Assembly (NCBI GenBank): GCA_002269645.1
Contig: NIVC01000507.1
Coordinates: 499,876-563,875, forward strand
Source of the DNA: Macrostomum lignano
Lineage: Eukaryota
DNA length: 64,000 nucleotides
Direction: 5' to 3'
Shown here in pieces: positions 38,621-50,400 of this stretch. The notes beneath the pieces were generated by a model. The model was given only the letters and a program-made list of their open reading frames with translations, had not been told where the DNA came from and made no database searches. The number at the start of each line of letters is the position of its first letter. Positions within the stretch are counted from its first letter, which is position 1. Both the position numbers and the translations under genes were made by a program.

Positions 38621-40119
38621 CCCGATTTATAAAAAACGGTAATATAAATACGTGTAACAATGCTACTTTTAAATGGACAAACAAAAAAGGTAAAAAAGCT
38701 CCGTTTTCAGAGGTGAATTTCAAACTGGGAAGCAAACAAAAAGGCACAAAAATAGAAATAACTAACTGCTCTATCACTCGTGGAGGTCTCACAAGGAAAA
38801 AACGAAGTATTCTAGAGTTAAAGTTAAAATTAAGAATATTAAGCATAACAAGTGTGCGAATTTAGTTTTATTGGTCTGGAAAAAAAGAACCAACGCGAAG
38901 ACGTAGAGGCGCAAAATACTACTATTTTAAGTAGCAAAAACAGTGAAATTGGAGAAAACTTAAATAAAAGTAACGAATATTATTTGCGTCAAATTTTATC
39001 CACAATTTGCCTTGAAATTTTTTCGCTTAAATTTTGAAAGCACCTCGCAATCAAATAGACTAGAAGGACACAGATAAGAACAGAATCGTGAATTAGGTCA
39101 GTGAAGGGGCTGAGTCGCCACGATCCCTAGCTGTTTCGATTCCGTAAGCGCGCCCGCGCATTAATTTGAGGCAATTTTGTGCAATAAAAATTGGCCAGAA
39201 AGGGGGTGGGTTGTCGCACGATTCACAGCCATGAAGGGCCAACGTCCCCCCCCCCCAGGCACAGAGAGTGTACATGCCTGACGATTAGAAAATCAAAAGG
39301 GCTGCCATACATCCTTGGCGAGAAGGCTGAGGGGGGCCAATACCGATTGGTATGGCGCGGAATTTTCCATTAGAGTAACGGGACAGAGGGGCGCCGAACC
39401 GCAGCTACTTATAGATAATAGGGGTTTCCCCAAGGTTATCGTCGTAGTCTGCGCATGCATTATTTAGTGGATGGAAATTTCCAACAGAATGCTCTGTCAC
39501 TTGTACTTTCCATCAATTCATCTCAGCAATTCTGTTTGCTCTATTAGCCAATCAGTTTGTTAATTAAGCAAGCAATAGTTTTAAACACGGACTAAACTGT
39601 GTAGATGTGCTCAGTTAATGCGACCTGAAGGCAAATGGATGCCCTGCTCGCGAAGCACCTGCTTCACAATTGTGTGATTGTCGGCTCTCGTATTAATAAT
39701 GCGACTGCTGTTGGGCGGGACCTCGCTCTGAAAAAAATCGATGGAAATGGATGCCTTCTGTGGGGGATAGAAAAGTGCTGATGCAGCTCGGATTCAAGTA
39801 AGGCTAAGACAAGCCAGGTGAATGAATATTTTATGCAATTTAGCAGTACCTACTACACTAGCTAGTCGCTCAGAGAGCGCCTTCTGTCACGATCAACTTA
39901 TAAATTGCAACATACCTGTCGGGCAGGTAAGCCCAGAAATTGCAGTATAATTCGATCAGTAAATATCTACACAAAAATATTATGTTATTTTCACTAGGAC
40001 AATACTGTGGACTACAATGCAGTGTCAAAAACTAAATTCTATTGGTATATAGTCACACACCTCACTACTCATCTTAGCAAAAGGCATTCTGCTCAAAAAG
40101 TGCAATTTCTTAGTTCCGA

Positions 40120-40660
40120 CACCCACCAACCACCTTACCAATAAAACTCTGCCCCACAGATGTACACTCTCCGACACCAACCACCCCCATCAGCAATAAA
40201 ACACTTGCCTAGAGATGTACACTCTCCGACACCAACCACCCCCATTAGCAATAAAACTCTGCCCCACAGATGTACACTCTCCGACACCAACCACCCCCAT
40301 CAGCAATAAAACACTTGCCTAGAGATGTACACTCTCCGACACCAACCACCCCCATTAGCAATAAAACACTGCCCCACAGATGTACACTCTCCGACACCAA
40401 CCACCCCCATCAGCAATAAAACACTTGCCTAGAGATGTACACTCTCCGACACCAACCACCCCCTTACCAATAAAACTCTGCCCCACAGATGTACACTCTC
40501 CGACACCAACCACCCCCATCAGCAATAAAACACTTGCCTAGAGATGTACACTCTCCGACACCAACCACCCCCATTAGCAATAAAACACTGCCCCACAGAT
40601 GTACACTCTCCGACACCAACCACCCCCATCAGCAATAAAACACTGCCCCTAGAGATGCAA
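40120..40660. repeat. About 60-bp tandem repeat (AGATGTACACTCTCCGACACCAACCACCCCCAT(C/T)AGCAATAAAAC...)
   Basis: About 9 copies with two alternating variants. Confidence 0.93.
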
Positions 40661-41159
40661 ATTAATACGTAAATCTAAAGCTGATACTCGTAGATTTCAT
40701 TTGTTTCAGTTAGCAACAGGAAAATATTAAGTTGTCAGTAACTCTCATAAGGAAATCGTGGGAATTTATTGACCTGGCCGAATTCAAAGGTGAAAAAAGC
40801 CGCGTCACACAGAAAGAGGCTTGCTCATGAAATACTATTCACCTTTGCGCGATATTAGGGTATCGGGCGTCGCTTTCATCCTTTCAACCCCCTGCCAACC
40901 TCTATGAAAATCCGCTCAAAGATTATCTATCAAAGACGGAGATTACATCCGATCTGAGCCTAGGGGAGAGCGATGGTATAAATATATTGATGAAGCAAGC
41001 CGGACTGGACGAAAAACTTTTCGTCCTCATCTTACAGTCAGGGGATTTTTATCCGAGACTTTGACGTCACAGACTGCTACTGGTATAAATATATAAATCC
41101 CTTAGAAGGTGGGATTTACACAACAGCTAGCTGGGGTATTTGTTGAGTCTGAGTTTTCA

Positions 41160-41900
41160 GGATTCTTTCAAGATTCTGTGGGGAATTCTTTGGGAAGATT
41201 TTAATTGGGAATTTGTTCGGGAAGATTTTACTTAGGGATTTTTTGGGGAAGATTTTATTTGGAGATTTTCTGGGGAAGATTTTAATTAAGGATATTTAGG
41301 GAAGGATTTAAATTGGAGAGTTTCTGGGGAAAATTTGAATTAGGGATTTTTTGAGAAAATTTAAATTCGGCACTTTTTGGGGAAGATTTCAATTGGGGAT
41401 TTTTTGGGGAGATTTCAATTGGGGATTTTTGGGGAGATTTCAATTGGGGATTTTTGGGGAGATTTCAATTGGGGATTTTTGGGGAAGATTTCAATTGGGG
41501 ATTTTTTGGGGAGATTTCAATTGGGGATTTTTTGGGGAGATTTCAATTGGGGATTTTTTGGGGAGATTTCAATTGGGGATTTTTGGGGAGATTTCAATTG
41601 GGGATTTTTGGGGAGATTTCAATTGGGGATTTTTGGGGAGATTTCAATTGGGGATTTTTGGGGAGATTTCAATTGGGGATTTTTGGGGGAGATTTTAATT
41701 AGGGGATTTTTTGGGGAGATTTCAATTGGGGATTTTTTGGGGAGATTTCAATTGGGGATTTTTGGGGGAGATTTCAATTGGGGATTTTTGGGGGAGATTT
41801 TAATTAGGGGATTTTTTGGGGAGATTTCAATTGGGGATTTTTGGGGGAGATTTTAATTAGGGGATTTTTTGGGGAATATTTCAATTGGGGATTTTTAACG
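41160..41900. repeat. About 23-bp tandem repeat (GGGGAGATTTCAATTGGGGATTTTT)
   Basis: About 30 units, more degenerate at the left edge. Confidence 0.93.
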
Positions 41901-42569
41901 AATCTTTTTTGAGGGATTCTTTATAAAATATACTCATTTAAAATTACATTACAGATTTTTTAACTCACCCTCGATCTTTCCAAACTGTGTGCACCGCCGC
42001 CGCCGCCGCCGGATACCAGATCTGAAGTTCCGGTGCTCAGCACAGAGACGCTGCCCGGCCTTGAAGTTAGCAGTAGGTTGCGTTGCGTTAGCAAAGAGAT
42101 ACAGTCTCAGAAAGTTAAATGTTACTTTTAGCAAATGATGATGTTTCTTAAGAAGCATTATCTAAGATGCGCCGAGTAAATAATATTTAGGGTGGGCTGT
42201 GAGTCTTTATCGCTGAGCTGCCCTGCCCCTAATTATCAACATACCAAAAATCATAAATTTTCTGCTTTTTCATCCTCTTGATAAGAAGTTAAAAGCCAGG
42301 TAAAAGTATAAGCACAGCGGTCCATTAGCAGATCAGCTTAATCCTATCGTCTAGGCTTCTTAATGAAGTGGCGTTAATCCGCTAGATTTAGGATTTACGT
42401 TATTTCACATTTTATCCATCTAAAAAGCTTCAGAGCAGTCAGTCAGCTGCCTTCCTTTATACGGACGATAATCTGTAGCGAGTTGGGCTTTCTGTTTAGT
42501 CCAGGGTGGGCAAATTTTTTTACCTCAAAGGCCAGATCAACTATCTAGCTCATGGCTGCGGGCCAGATA

Positions 42570-42925
42570 AGAGAGGTAAGGAGAGGGAATAAAGAAGAGA
42601 GAGAAAATATTAGAGATGGGAGAAGAGAGGAGAGAGGAGAGAAGAGAGAGGATGGTTGAATATATGAGATAGGATGAAAAGAGAGGAGAGATGACAGAGT
42701 AGAGAGAACAGAAGAGAGAGAGAGAGGGAGAGGGAGAGGGAGAGAGAGAGAGAGAGAGAGGGAGAGGAGAGAGGGAGAGAGAGAGAGGGGGAGAGAGAGA
42801 GGGGGAGAGGGAGAGAGAGAGAGGGAGAGAGAGAGAGGGGGAGAGAGAGAGGGAGAGAGAAGAGAGAGAGGGAGAGGAGAGAGGAAGAGAGAGAGGGAGA
42901 GGAGAGAGGGAGAGAGGGGGGAGGG
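42570..42925. repeat. Degenerate (GA)n polypurine tract
   Basis: Direct. Confidence 0.9.
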
Positions 42926-42984
42926 CACCTCCAATCTCAGGCGCTAACACGGTGAAAGGACTGATAAAAGTCAAATTAGTTACG

Positions 42985-45610
42985 TTTGTCGATTTTTCGA
43001 ATATTGAATATTCTTCGTCAGGGCGAGTAAAGCAAAGTTTATTAGTGCGAGTTGTTGTCAATATTTAAAGGCGAGGCGAGTATACACTGTATGTACAATA
43101 TGAAGAGTCAGAGACTAAAAAACAGATTGGTGGCTAAAAGTATAGTACGATAGTACATAGGTCGTACAGACCCGGAGCTTTTTGAAAAAAACTCGAAATA
43201 AAATAAATATCTGCAGCTATACAAGAAGGCCTTAAAGGCCTTAAAGCGTCAGATAATAAATAATAAAGCGAATTCTCGTAGAAAAAACACCAGAAAATAA
43301 TTTTTTTTGTGAAATAAATTTTGAGTCCTGCTGTACTGCACCCGGCGTCAGAGTCGACAAACGCGTATACAAGCAATGGCAGAGGAGCAGAAAAAAAACC
43401 ACAGAGTAGAGAGAGCGAAAACCCATAAAACTGAAAGGGTGCAGTGTACAGCGGCAAAAACAGAATTAATTACATCGCAGGTTCGAGCCGGCTGTGGCAG
43501 AGCAGAGTTCGGAGGCTTCTACCCTTGGTGCAGGCGGGCACCACAGGGGTCTCGCAGTGCCGGGTCACCCTGTCCTTCACCTTGGCAGCCAGCGCGTCGG
43601 AGGTCGCACAGTGCGGCAAGATCAGCGGGATGGCCGGGTTGTGCAGTACACCGGCAAGTTCGTTGGCGCCGTGTGGAATTCGAGTCCTCAGGACCTCGAT
43701 GAGCTTGGCCTCCTGGCGCTGACGCCGCTCGTTAGCTCTGGGTCTTGTGCCCTCCCGTGTCCAGGTGCCTGTGAAGGCGAAGTCCGTCAGACTGTGGCCA
43801 CCGCTGGTGAAGTGGCGGGCCACCGGAGTGTCGCGGGCGTGCCGAATGTCGCCGATGTGCGCCAGCATGCGGCCGCGGATGCTATTGGCGGTCTCGCCGA
43901 CGTAGACTGTGTGGTCGCACTGGCGGCAGATCACGGCATAGACGGCGTTCGTGGCGTTACAGTCGATCCTTTGGCTGATGAGTATCTGGACGGTGGTGGC
44001 TTCCGAACCGGGACAGACGCTGTTGAACTGGGCGTGTGCCTGGCAGCACTTGCAGAGCCGGGCCGGGTTGCGCGGCAGGAAGCCGAACTCCCACCGTCTG
44101 GTCGGGTAGAAGCCCAGCTCCGTCAGCACATCGTACTTGATAATGCGGAGGAAACGCCGGCTGTAGCCTTGGTGCTGCACCAGCTTTTACATCAGCCCGG
44201 TGCACGCTGCGTCGAAGTCGGCCATCCGGGAGCACTGCTAGGCGTACCTGAGAAGCTGGGACTTCATCACGCCTTGGTAAGTCCGCTTAGGATAGCAGGA
44301 GCCGCGGTGGATGAGGGCTCGGCTGTCAGTGGGCTTGAAATACACCCTGGTTGCCAGGCTCTCGCTGTCGCCTTCGCGGTCCCAGAAGACGGTGATGTCC
44401 AGGAAGTTGACCTCTGTGCAGCTGCTGTAGCTCAGTTGAAGCCGGATGTTCGGGTCGAGGGCATCCAGGTATTGATGGAACTGGACTCGCCTCTGTGCCA
44501 CGCCACACTCCAAAGACGTCGTCGATGTAGCGGAGCCACAGGCTGGGCTTCTGCGGGCTGGTCTCCAGGCCTGTCTGCTCCCAGTAGCCCATGTAGATGT
44601 TGCTGTAGCTGGGCTTTTGCGGGCTGGTCTCCAGGCCTCTCTGCTCCCAGTAGCCCATGTAGATGTTGCTGTAGCTGGGCTTTTGCGGGCTGGTCTCCAG
44701 GCCTCTCTGCTCCCAGTAGCCCATGTAGATGTTGCTGTAGCTGGGCTTTTGCGGGCTGGTCTCCAGGCCTCTCTGCTCCCAGTAGCCCATGTAGATGTTG
44801 CTGTAGCTGGGCGCGACCGACTTCCCCATGGCCGTGCCTTTCACCTGCAGGAAGTATCTGCCGTCAAACTCGAAGTCGTTGCGCCCCAGGTTCAGCTTGA
44901 GCAGGCTGAGCAGGCTGGCGTCCGGGCACCGACTGTCCGGGTGCTCCCTAAAAAGCTCTTCGCACGCACTCGAGACCGGCCTCCGTCGGGATGTTGGTGT
45001 ACAGGCTGGCAACGTCCATGGTGAGCAGGAAGGTCTTCTCGGACGCCGGACCGGATGAAGCTGGGCAGCTTGATGACGATCGGCTTCAGGAAGCTGTCGA
45101 TGAAGCGGCCGCTGGCGTAGGACTCGCTGTCCACATCAGACACGATGGGCCGGCCCGGAGGAATGTCGCCGAGCGGCCACGACTCGTGGATCTTCGGCAG
45201 GATGTAGAAGAGCCACGTGCGGAACTCGCTCTTCGGATTAAAGGCGTTGAACTGGCGCCGATCGATTATTCTGCGGTCCAGCAGCGATTGGAAGACAGCG
45301 CGAATCATATGGGCTGTGAATCGGCTGATCGGTGCACTCAGAGGCCGGTAGAACAGCGGGTCCTCCAGCTGACAAAGGCACTCGCGAACATAGTCCTGCC
45401 GGTCCAGAATGGCCAGCTGGCTGCCCGTAGGTCGCGCAGGGCCTCGCTTCCGCCTCGCTGATGTGCGGAGTGTTTCTGCAGTCTCTAACCCCGTCTATGC
45501 ATGATGTCGTCCAGCTCGTGTAACATCGCTTGAGTCTCGGGTCCGAGGCGCTTCGGATCGAGGTAGGGGACAGGCGGCCTGGCCCGTCATCCAAAGCCAG
45601 TTGACGCCTG
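42985..45610 (-). mobile_element. Penelope-like retroelement (RT + GIY-YIG; probably Neptune clade), disrupted by frameshifts
   Basis: Minus-strand fragments in order: ILDRQDYVRECLCQLEDPLFYRPL; FYILPKIHE...PPGRPIVSDVDSES; LLKLNLGRNDFEFDGRYFLQVKGTAMG; WLRYIDDVFGVW; VNFLDITV...VYFKPTD...HRGSCYP; then CKCC...C and GIY-YIG (NAVYAVICRQC...YVGET...RMLAH...VARHF). A Cys cluster between RT and GIY-YIG is characteristic of Neptune. Confidence 0.92.
42988..43024 (-). ncRNA. Degenerate minimal type-I hammerhead ribozyme-like motif in the Penelope 3' tail
   Basis: The minus strand reads GCC-CTGACGA-A-GAATAT-TCA-ATATTC-GAAA-AA-TC-GAC: a CUGANGA core, a 6-bp stem II, GAAA and a UC site. Stems I and III are imperfect. 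Confidence 0.5.
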
Positions 45611-45619
45611 AAGCCCCGA

Positions 45620-46045
45620 GAGAGAAAAGGGAAGAGGAGAGAGAGAAGAGATGAGATGAGAGAGAAGATAAAAGAAGGGAGTGAGAATAGATAGGAGGGG
45701 AGAGAGGAGAGGGGAGAGAGGAGAGGAGAGAGAAGCGACAGAAGAGAGAAGAGGGTAGAGATGAGAGAAGAGAGAATACGGGGAGAGAGAAAAGATGAGA
45801 GAAAAGAGAAGAGAGAAGAATGGGAGAGAGGAGAGAGAAGAGGGGAGAATGAAGAAAGGAGGGGAGAGAATAGACAAGAGAAAAGAGGGGAGAGAGGGGA
45901 GAGGAGGGGAGAGAGGAGAGAGAAGAGAGAAGAGGTGAGAGAAGAGGGTAGAGGTGAGAGAGAAGATGGAAGAGAGGAGTGAGAAGAGAAAGGAGAGGAG
46001 AGAGGAAAGAGCAGAGAGAAGAGGGTAGAGAACTGAGAAGAGACA
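45620..46045. repeat. Degenerate (GA)n polypurine tract at the 5' side of the Penelope ORF
   Basis: Direct. Confidence 0.9.
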
Positions 46046-46649
46046 CAGCGGGCCGGATAGGGAAGCTTCGCGGTCCGGAGTTTGCCGACACCCCTTGGTT
46101 TAGTTGCTAGGCTATTAGAAAATAGAAGATTGACGCATGCCAGCATTAGGTGCATTCCACTCTTCTTTTCTGTAGATGCAGCAGAGAAAAATTGCCCCAT
46201 ACTAGTTTTATATAGCTATAGCATCAGGATGTGAGAGGCTGTCATTCTACGAGAATGACACTCGTAGTTTTCCTACGAGTTATAACTTCTTACTCTGCCC
46301 CTTTAAAAAAATTGTACTATAGCTACCTGTCAGTCAATTTCGGACACCAAATTCAATGGTAGCTGGGGACCTTCTGGAGTTCAGATTCGCAAGTGCATTG
46401 AAAAAGATACATTATTGACGAACGCAGCACTGAATAGGATTTGGCTGCAGACAGATTCTGTCGAAAATATCAGTCTAGAAAATACACTAAAGAGACAGGA
46501 ACAGGTGAACTTTTGACAGAACTTTGCTTTCTTCCCGGTCTCTTGTAGCAGTTCATGAAACTAATAGCTCGATAAATTTTGTAAGTGCATCACGGACACA
46601 TAATTGCCCTATTTTGGAATTCGGAACTACCGAAGGTGAGATATTACTG

Positions 46650-46910
46650 AAAGTCTGGGGGTTCGATTCTCGACCCAGTCGGAAAAATTTGTGTCCTTGA
46701 GCAAGACGCTTAACTCTGCATTGCTCCAGTTTAACCAGATGTAAAATGGGTGCCAGCATTAGCTGGGGTAATTGAGGGTGTGGCGTGGTGAACCCCCAGT
46801 CCATGGACTGAACAGTCTGAGACAAAAGTCTACCTTCTGAATTATTTACATACAGAGTTCACGCCTTCCTTCCCCAAGATAATAGAGCGTTAAGTGCCAA
46901 TTAGCTCAAA
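46650..46910 (+). mobile_element. 5'-truncated tRNA-derived SINE with a CORE (MIR-like) domain
   Basis: B-box GGTTCGATTC at 46660-46669 is followed by TGTGTCCTTGAGCAAGACGCTTAACTC...CAGTTT...ATGTAAAATGGG, which parallels the CORE consensus as I recall it (TGTGACCTTGGGCAAGTCACTTAACCTC...CAGTTTC...CTGTAAAATGGG). No A-box seen; the 3' boundary is approximate. Confidence 0.65.
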
Positions 46911-47485
46911 GTAGAGAAACATTATCTATTCAGCCAAGCTCAGTAAGTCACGTCGAGTGTTAGTGAAGTCACATATATAGTCTTGTTTAAACATTATGTA
47001 CGCGATTTGCTCTCGTTTAGCATGCTAAGTCTCTTGACGACTAAGTAATACAAAAATACAAAAAAGTCCAAACATTATTCACTGTAGATAAAGCCTATAT
47101 TGATAGCCATTCTTGACCAAATATTAGTTCATTCCTTTGCTTTGCTTTGCACTTTTTATTATCGTTGAGAGGAAGGCTTTAATCGACATTTTCCCACTGA
47201 GCTATGCATTAGAGATCTTGTCATATAGAAGCTGAACAAATTAAAAATTATTTTCAAGCTCTACACGTATTTCGACTTAAACTATTGGCTAAAAAGAGTT
47301 GCGATAAAAATTTCTGCAACAAATTTGAAGCTAGCACGTGTTTTATCCAGAGGGGCTCACGGGTAAAACGCCTCGGACTCTCGCGCCACGACTTTTTGGT
47401 TGGCCATTCACCAGCGGTGGCCACAGTCTGACGGACTTCGCCTTCACAGGCACCTGGACACGGGAGGGCACAAGACCCAGGCCAG

Positions 47486-50400
47486 CCTGATTCAGGGACG
47501 ATTCTTAATGCTGATACAGGGACGATTCTTAAGTTGATTCAGGGACGATTCTTAATTCTGATTCAGGGACGATTCTTAAGTTGATTCAGGGACGATGCTT
47601 AAGGTGATTCAGGGACGATTCTTAATGTTGATTCAGGGACGATTCTTAAGTTGATTCAGGGACGATTCTTAAGTTGATTCAGGGACGATGCTTAAGTTGA
47701 TTCAGGGACGATGCTTAAGTTGATTCAGGGACGATGCTTAAGTTGATTCAGGGACGATGCTTAAGTTGATTCAGGGACGATTCTTAAGTTGATTCGGGGA
47801 CGATGCTTAAGTTGATTCAGGGACGATGCTTAAGTTGATTCAGGGACGATGCTTAAGTTGATTCAGGGACGATTCTTAAGTTGATTCGGGGACGATTCTT
47901 AAGTTGATTCAGGGACGATGCTTAAGTTGATTCAGGGACGATGCTTAAGGTGATTCAGGGACGATTCTTAAGTTGATTCAGGGACGATTCTTAATGTTGA
48001 TTCAGGGACGATTCTTAAGTTGATTCGGGGACGATTCTTAATGTTGATTCAGGGACGATTCTTAATGCTGATTCAGGGACGATTCTTAAGTTGATTCAGG
48101 GACGATACTTAAGGTGATTCAGGGACGATTATTAATGCTGATTCAGGGACGATTCTTAATGTTGATTCAGGGACGATGCTTAAGGTGATTCAGGGACGAT
48201 TATTAATGTTGATTCAGGGACGATTCTTAATGTTGATTCAGGGACGATTCTTAAGGTGATTCAGGGACGATTATTAATGTTGATTCAGGGACGATTCTTA
48301 ATGTTGATTCAGGGACGATTATTAATGTTGATTCAGGGACGATTCTTAAGTTGATTCGGGGACGATTCTTAATGTTGATTCAGGGACGATTCTTAATGCT
48401 GATTCAGGAACGATTCTTAAGGTGATTCAGGGACGATGCTTAAAGTTGATTCAGGGACGATTCTTAATGTTGATTCGGGGACGATTATTAATGTTGATTC
48501 AGGGACGATGCTTAAGGTGATTCAGGGACGATGCTTAAGGTGATTCAGGGACGATTATTAATGTTGATTCAGGGACGATTCTTAAGTTGATTCGGGGACG
48601 ATTCTTAATGTTGATTCAGGGACGATTCTTAATGCTGATTCAGGGACGATTCTTAAGTTGATTCAGGGACGATACTTAAGGTGATTCAGGGACGATTATT
48701 AATGCTGATTCAGGGACGATTCTTAATGTTGATTCAGGGACGATGCTTAAGGTGATTCAGGGACGATTATTAATGTTGATTCAGGGACGATTCTTAAGGT
48801 GATTCAGGGACGATGCTTAAAGTGATTCAGGGACGATTCCTAATGTTGATTCGGGGACGATTATTAATGTTGATTCAGGGACGATTCTTAATGCTGATTC
48901 AGGGACGATTCTGAAGTTGATTCAGAGACGATGCTTAAGGTGATTCAGAGACGATGCTTAATGTTGATTCAGGGACAATTCTTAATGTTGATTCGGGGAC
49001 GATTATTAATGTTGATTCAGGGACGATTCTTAATGTTGATTCAGGGACGATTCTTAATATTGATTCGGGGACGATTCTTAATGTTGATTCAGGGACGATT
49101 CTTAATGCTGATTCAGGGACGATGCTTAAGGTGATTCAGGGACGATGCTTAAGGTGATTCAGGGACGATGCTTAAAGTTGATTCAGGGACGATTCTTAAT
49201 GTTGATTCAGGGACGATGCTTAAGTTGATTCAGGGACGATGCTTAATGTTGATTCGGGGACGATTCTTAATGTTGATTCAGGGACGATTCTTAATGCTGA
49301 TTCAGGGACGATTCTTAATGCTGATTCAGGGACGATGCTTAAGGTGATTCAGGGACGATTCTTAATGTTGATTCAGGGACGATTCTTAATGTTGATTCGG
49401 GGACGATTATTAATGTTGATTCAGGGACGATTCTTAATGCTGATTCAGGGACGATGCTTAAGGTGATTCAGGGACGATGCTTAAAGTTGATTCAGGGACG
49501 ATTCTTAATGTTGATTCAGGGACGATTCTTAATGTTGATTCGGGGACGATTCTTAATGTTGATTCAGGGACGATTCTTAATGTTGATTCAGGGACGATTC
49601 TTAATGTTGATTCGGGGACGATTCTTAATGTTGATTCAGAGAGATTCTTAATGCTGATTCAGGGACGATGCTTAAGGTGATTCAGGGACGATGCTTAAGG
49701 TGATTCAGGGACGATTCTTAATGTTGATTCAGGGACGATTCTTAAGTTGATTCAGGGACGATGCTTAAGGTGATTCAGGGACGATGATTAAGGTGATTAA
49801 GGGACGATTCTTAATGTTGATTCAGGGACGATTCTTAAGTTGATTCAGGGACGATACTTAAGGTGATTCAGGGACGATTATTAATGCTGATTCAGGGACG
49901 ATTCTTAATGTTGATTCAGGGACGATGCTTAAGGTGATTCAGGGACGATTCTTAATATTGATTCGGGGACGATTCTTAATGTTGATTCAGGGACGATTCT
50001 TAATGCTGATTCAGGGACGATGCTTAAGGTGATTCAGGGACGATGCTTAAGGTGATTCAGGGACGATGCTTAAAGTTGATTCAGGGACGATTCTTAAGTT
50101 GATTCGGGGACGATTCTTAATGTTGATTCAGGGACGATTCTTAATGCTGATTCAGGAACGATTCTTAAGGTGATTCAGGGACGATGCTTAAAGTTGATTC
50201 AGGGACGATTCTTAATGTTGATTCGGGGACGATTATTAATGTTGATTCAGGGACGATGCTTAAGGTGATTCAGGGACGATGCTTAAGGTGATTCAGGGAC
50301 GATTATTAATGTTGATTCAGGGACGATTCTTAATGTTGATTCAGGGACGATTCTTAATGCTGATTCAGGGACGATTCTTAAGTTGATTCAGGGACGATAC

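Noticed and set aside
42502-42570. hAT/Charlie-like terminus CAGGGTGGGCAAA...GGGCCAGA
   Set aside because: Only one end is recognisable, with no partner TIR or TSD, so it is too weak to annotate as an element.
43494-44900. 468-aa plus-strand ORF
   Set aside because: Antisense shadow of the GC-rich Penelope RT/GIY-YIG sequence, with no recognisable motifs.
46650-46680. tRNA gene
   Set aside because: Only a B-box is present, with no A-box or cloverleaf; the following CORE-like sequence indicates a SINE.
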